This document shows positions 34,027-36,681 of a DNA stretch of 36,681 nucleotides, in pieces; positions within the stretch are counted from its first letter, which is position 1; every line of letters begins with the position of its first letter. Source of the DNA: a virus. Its lineage: Duplodnaviria > Caudoviricetes. The notes under the pieces are model-generated. The model ran no database searches and was not told where the DNA came from. It worked only from the letters and a program-made list of their open reading frames with translations. The DNA lies in IMG/VR virus record IMGVR_UViG_3300020151_002519, positions 1 to 36,681 of that record; one strand, written 5' to 3'. The position numbers and the translations under genes are program-made.

Positions 34027-35868
34027 TCAAAACTTTACGATGCCGCCGGCGCGGAGGATTTGTGAGTGGAGGAGGGCGAGTTTGCCGCAGTCGCCTTGGT
34101 GGTCGTTGAGGATTTCTTTCCATCGGCCGGTTTGGCGGTCTTTGGTTTGATTGGTGAAGCCGGTCAAAAGATGTGAATCGGCATCGGTGGGGAAGATGAT
34201 GCGCGGTCCGCGCCGGCGCTGGATGCGGCGGCCATACATTTCGTCTTTGAGCTCGGTGTCGGAGTAGGTGTAGAGCTCGAGCTCGGAGCGGTTGCGCGAG
34301 GCGGCGCGGGTGACATTCCAGCCGCGTTTCGCGGTGGGGTCGCCTTTGGATGGCCAGAGGAAACCTCGCGACGCTTGGCAAATGTCGTAGATCTCCTCGG
34401 TGTTCCAGCCGGAATCGACGATGCCAGAGATGGGCACCATGGTGTCCATGGTGCCGGCGAGCGGGAAGCGGAGGGATCGGAGGAAGTCGGGATCGAGTAA
34501 GGCTTTTTCACTGGCGAGGCGGCCCCACTGGATGGCCATGAGATCGCCGTTTGGCATGAGTGCCCACACGGCCCAGTCGGTGGCGCGTTCGCCGGGGTCG
34601 GCGTAGAGGCCGAGGTGCAAGGGGCGCGTGGGGATGACGCCGCGGGCGTATTTGTCGGTGCCGCTGCCTTCGGCTCCGGCGATGCAGTCGTTGACGTGTT
34701 TGTCGCCGATCTTGAAGGCGTAGATGGACCAGGGCAGGGCGAGCCAGGAGTTGTAGAAGTTTTGCAGGCCGGTGGTGAGGAGGTCGCCTTTTTCGAGGAA
34801 CTCCTTGGCCATGTCGCCAAAGCTGACTTTGGGCGCGTAGAAGGACGGGATGCGGAAGCTGCGGTCGCTGAGGAGCGCGTTCGGATTGTGGTGGACGGCT
34901 TGCAGTTTGGAGAGCATGCCGGGCTTGTCGTCGTCGTGGATCTCGCACCCGTTCTTTGGGCAGATGTAGCGGATGGTTTCGCGGACGCGTGGGATGTCCC
35001 ATGAGCCATCGGCGCGGCGGGCATCGGGGCTCCAGACGAGGGAACGGTAGTGCTCGGAAACGGCGCGCTCCTGCTCTTCCTCGAGCGTGGTTTCCATCTC
35101 GTCCTCGGGAACGGTTTCGCCGTTTTTGCGGATCTCGAACTCAAACGGGAAGAAGTGCCCGCAGTGAGGGCAGGGGACGTGGAAGTGGGTCTGCGTGCCG
35201 CGCAGGTAGGTGAGCCACGCGAGGTGATTGGGCGTGTTCGGCGTGAAATCCATCATCTGCAGCTCGAGGCCGCGGAATTCCTTGGTGCGCTCGAAGGCGA
35301 GCTTGATGGGGTGCGCTTCGGGTGCCTGGTCGCGCTCGTGGTGGACGATCTTGGCGGCTTCGCAGATGTAAACGATGCGCTGGGTGCTGCCGCTGGTGGA
35401 GGTGTCGGAATTGATGCCCTCGAAGACGATGAATCCGCCGCTCATCTGCATGGCGAGTTTGCGGAAGTTGTGCGCGTCGAAGGGCTTGTGGATGCGCAGG
35501 CAGTGGTTTGCCTCGATGAGCGCGGCAAGTCGCTTGTCGCTGATTTCGACGCGGAGCCAGTCTTCGGAGTTGCCGAGGATCAGCGTGGGGCCGGGGGCGT
35601 GCGGAATGCGGTAGGCCAGAATGAGGATGCAGCAGGTCGTTTTGCCGGTCTGCGAGCCGCCGGTGACGGTGAGGGAGCGGACGCCGCTCTGAGGATGCCC
35701 ACACGCCAAAATTTCGCGCATATACGGGCGGCGCTCGGTGCTGAATGGTCCCGGCGAGGCGGGAGCCATCGCGGCGGGCAGGACGAGATTCGACTCGGCC
35801 CAGTCCACGACGGGCGGATCGGTGGTGAATTGGAAATCCCCGCGGACGATGTCGGCGATCAGGCTCAT
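34027..35868 (-). CDS. terL: Terminase large subunit, lambda gpA family
   Basis: PGPFSTERRPYMREI, GSQTGKT Walker A, HVPCPHCG, LQNFYNSWLALPW, VDSG; ATGA overlap with terS. Confidence 0.93.
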   Translation of the reverse strand: MSLIADIVRGDFQFTTDPPVVDWAESNLVLPAAMAPASPGPFSTERRPYMREILACGHPQSGVRSLTVTGGSQTGKTTCCILILAYRIPHAPGPTLILGNSEDWLRVEISDKRLAALIEANHCLRIHKPFDAHNFRKLAMQMSGGFIVFEGINSDTSTSGSTQRIVYICEAAKIVHHERDQAPEAHPIKLAFERTKEFRGLELQMMDFTPNTPNHLAWLTYLRGTQTHFHVPCPHCGHFFPFEFEIRKNGETVPEDEMETTLEEEQERAVSEHYRSLVWSPDARRADGSWDIPRVRETIRYICPKNGCEIHDDDKPGMLSKLQAVHHNPNALLSDRSFRIPSFYAPKVSFGDMAKEFLEKGDLLTTGLQNFYNSWLALPWSIYAFKIGDKHVNDCIAGAEGSGTDKYARGVIPTRPLHLGLYADPGERATDWAVWALMPNGDLMAIQWGRLASEKALLDPDFLRSLRFPLAGTMDTMVPISGIVDSGWNTEEIYDICQASRGFLWPSKGDPTAKRGWNVTRAASRNRSELELYTYSDTELKDEMYGRRIQRRRGPRIIFPTDADSHLLTGFTNQTKDRQTGRWKEILNDHQGDCGKLALLHSQILRAGGIVKF

Positions 35869-36566
35869 GCGGATTTCAGCGAGGGGGCAAGACCGGCGAG
35901 GCCTTCGAGCATGCGTTCCACGGCGGGCATGAATCGCTGTGTGAGCCACTGCTGCGCACCGGCGATGGCTTGCTGCTGATTGCCGGGATTGACGAGTGGC
36001 GCGAGCTCGGGTGGGGCGTTGCGCATCAGCGAGGTGACCGGCAGGAGGAACTCGGAGCGGAACGCGTGGAATTCATTGACCGGGATCAGTCGGCGGGCGT
36101 CGATTTGCCACGCCTGGTGCTTGGCGAGCGCGTCGTTGTAGGCTTTGCGGAGATCGATGAGGATCTTGGCGTGCATGAGCATCATCGGGTGGTCTGCCGT
36201 GATTGGTTTGCCCATGCGATCGACGCCTCCACCGCGGCAGGCGTTCCACTGCCGGTAATGCTCGCGCCACATCGTCCAGGCGGCTTTGAGCATGCGGCCG
36301 GTCTCGGACAGGTTTTCGTCGTCGATGCCGACTTCCGGCGGCGCGGCCGGCGGCCCAAGAGTGGACATTGGCGCATCCACCGGCAAAGGGGCGACATCGA
36401 CGGGTGCCTTAACCATGGCATCCCCGACTACCCCACGCGTGAACCGCTGGAAGTCATCGGAGTTTTGCGCCGCATGCCGCTGAGCCGTGCGGACAGTTGC
36501 CCCGATGCTCTCGGCGTAAGCCTTGATCACCGCAGCAGACCATCCATGTGTTGCAGTCCTTCCCAT
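35865..36566 (-). CDS. terS: Terminase small subunit (putative)
   Basis: N-terminal HTH-like AYAESIGATVRTAQRH; coiled coil and LIPV motif; directly upstream of terL. Confidence 0.7.
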   Translation of the reverse strand: MGRTATHGWSAAVIKAYAESIGATVRTAQRHAAQNSDDFQRFTRGVVGDAMVKAPVDVAPLPVDAPMSTLGPPAAPPEVGIDDENLSETGRMLKAAWTMWREHYRQWNACRGGGVDRMGKPITADHPMMLMHAKILIDLRKAYNDALAKHQAWQIDARRLIPVNEFHAFRSEFLLPVTSLMRNAPPELAPLVNPGNQQQAIAGAQQWLTQRFMPAVERMLEGLAGLAPSLKSA

Positions 36567-36669
36567 TGTCGCAATTTGCAATTTGCGACGTGTCAAAGCC
36601 CAAAACGACACACCCAGCGCGCCCGCATGTCGTTTTGCCAGTGACGCGACACTATTTCCCCCTGCGTCT

Positions 36670-36681
36670 AGACAATAAACC
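36670..36681. repeat. 12-bp terminal direct repeat (right copy); candidate cos
   Basis: Identical to 1-12. Confidence 0.85.

Overview
This window appears to be a complete, GC-rich temperate siphovirus genome of 36.7 kb. It has lambda-type packaging genes (gpA-like terminase, lambda-like portal, ClpP protease/scaffold), and a 12-bp terminal repeat sits where cos is expected. Almost all genes are on the minus strand. The late arm (36.6 to 13.8 kb) runs terminases, head, two glycosyltransferases, neck, tail (with a -1 frameshift chaperone), short tape measure, fibre and lysis genes. It is followed by an attP matching a tmRNA/tRNA-Ala 3' end, a tyrosine integrase, a cI/cro-like switch, and an early arm (ParB-like protein, SNF2 helicase, DNA methylase, primase, P-loop helicase). 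The most striking observation is five integron attC-like sites in the late operon. Three of them delimit two gene cassettes between terL and gpW, with R-box complementarity permuted as attC x attC integration predicts. The cassette ORFs are inverted, start and stop inside the attC sites, and no IntI is recognisable in the genome. Other notable features are a TTTGAC(A/T)-N13-start motif before late genes, a tail-fibre-like protein with a signal peptide, glycosyltransferases inside the head module, an alpha/beta hydrolase in the lysis cassette, repeat families at gene junctions, and a G/C skew flip at attP. All protein calls come from motif reading and synteny, not from database searches.
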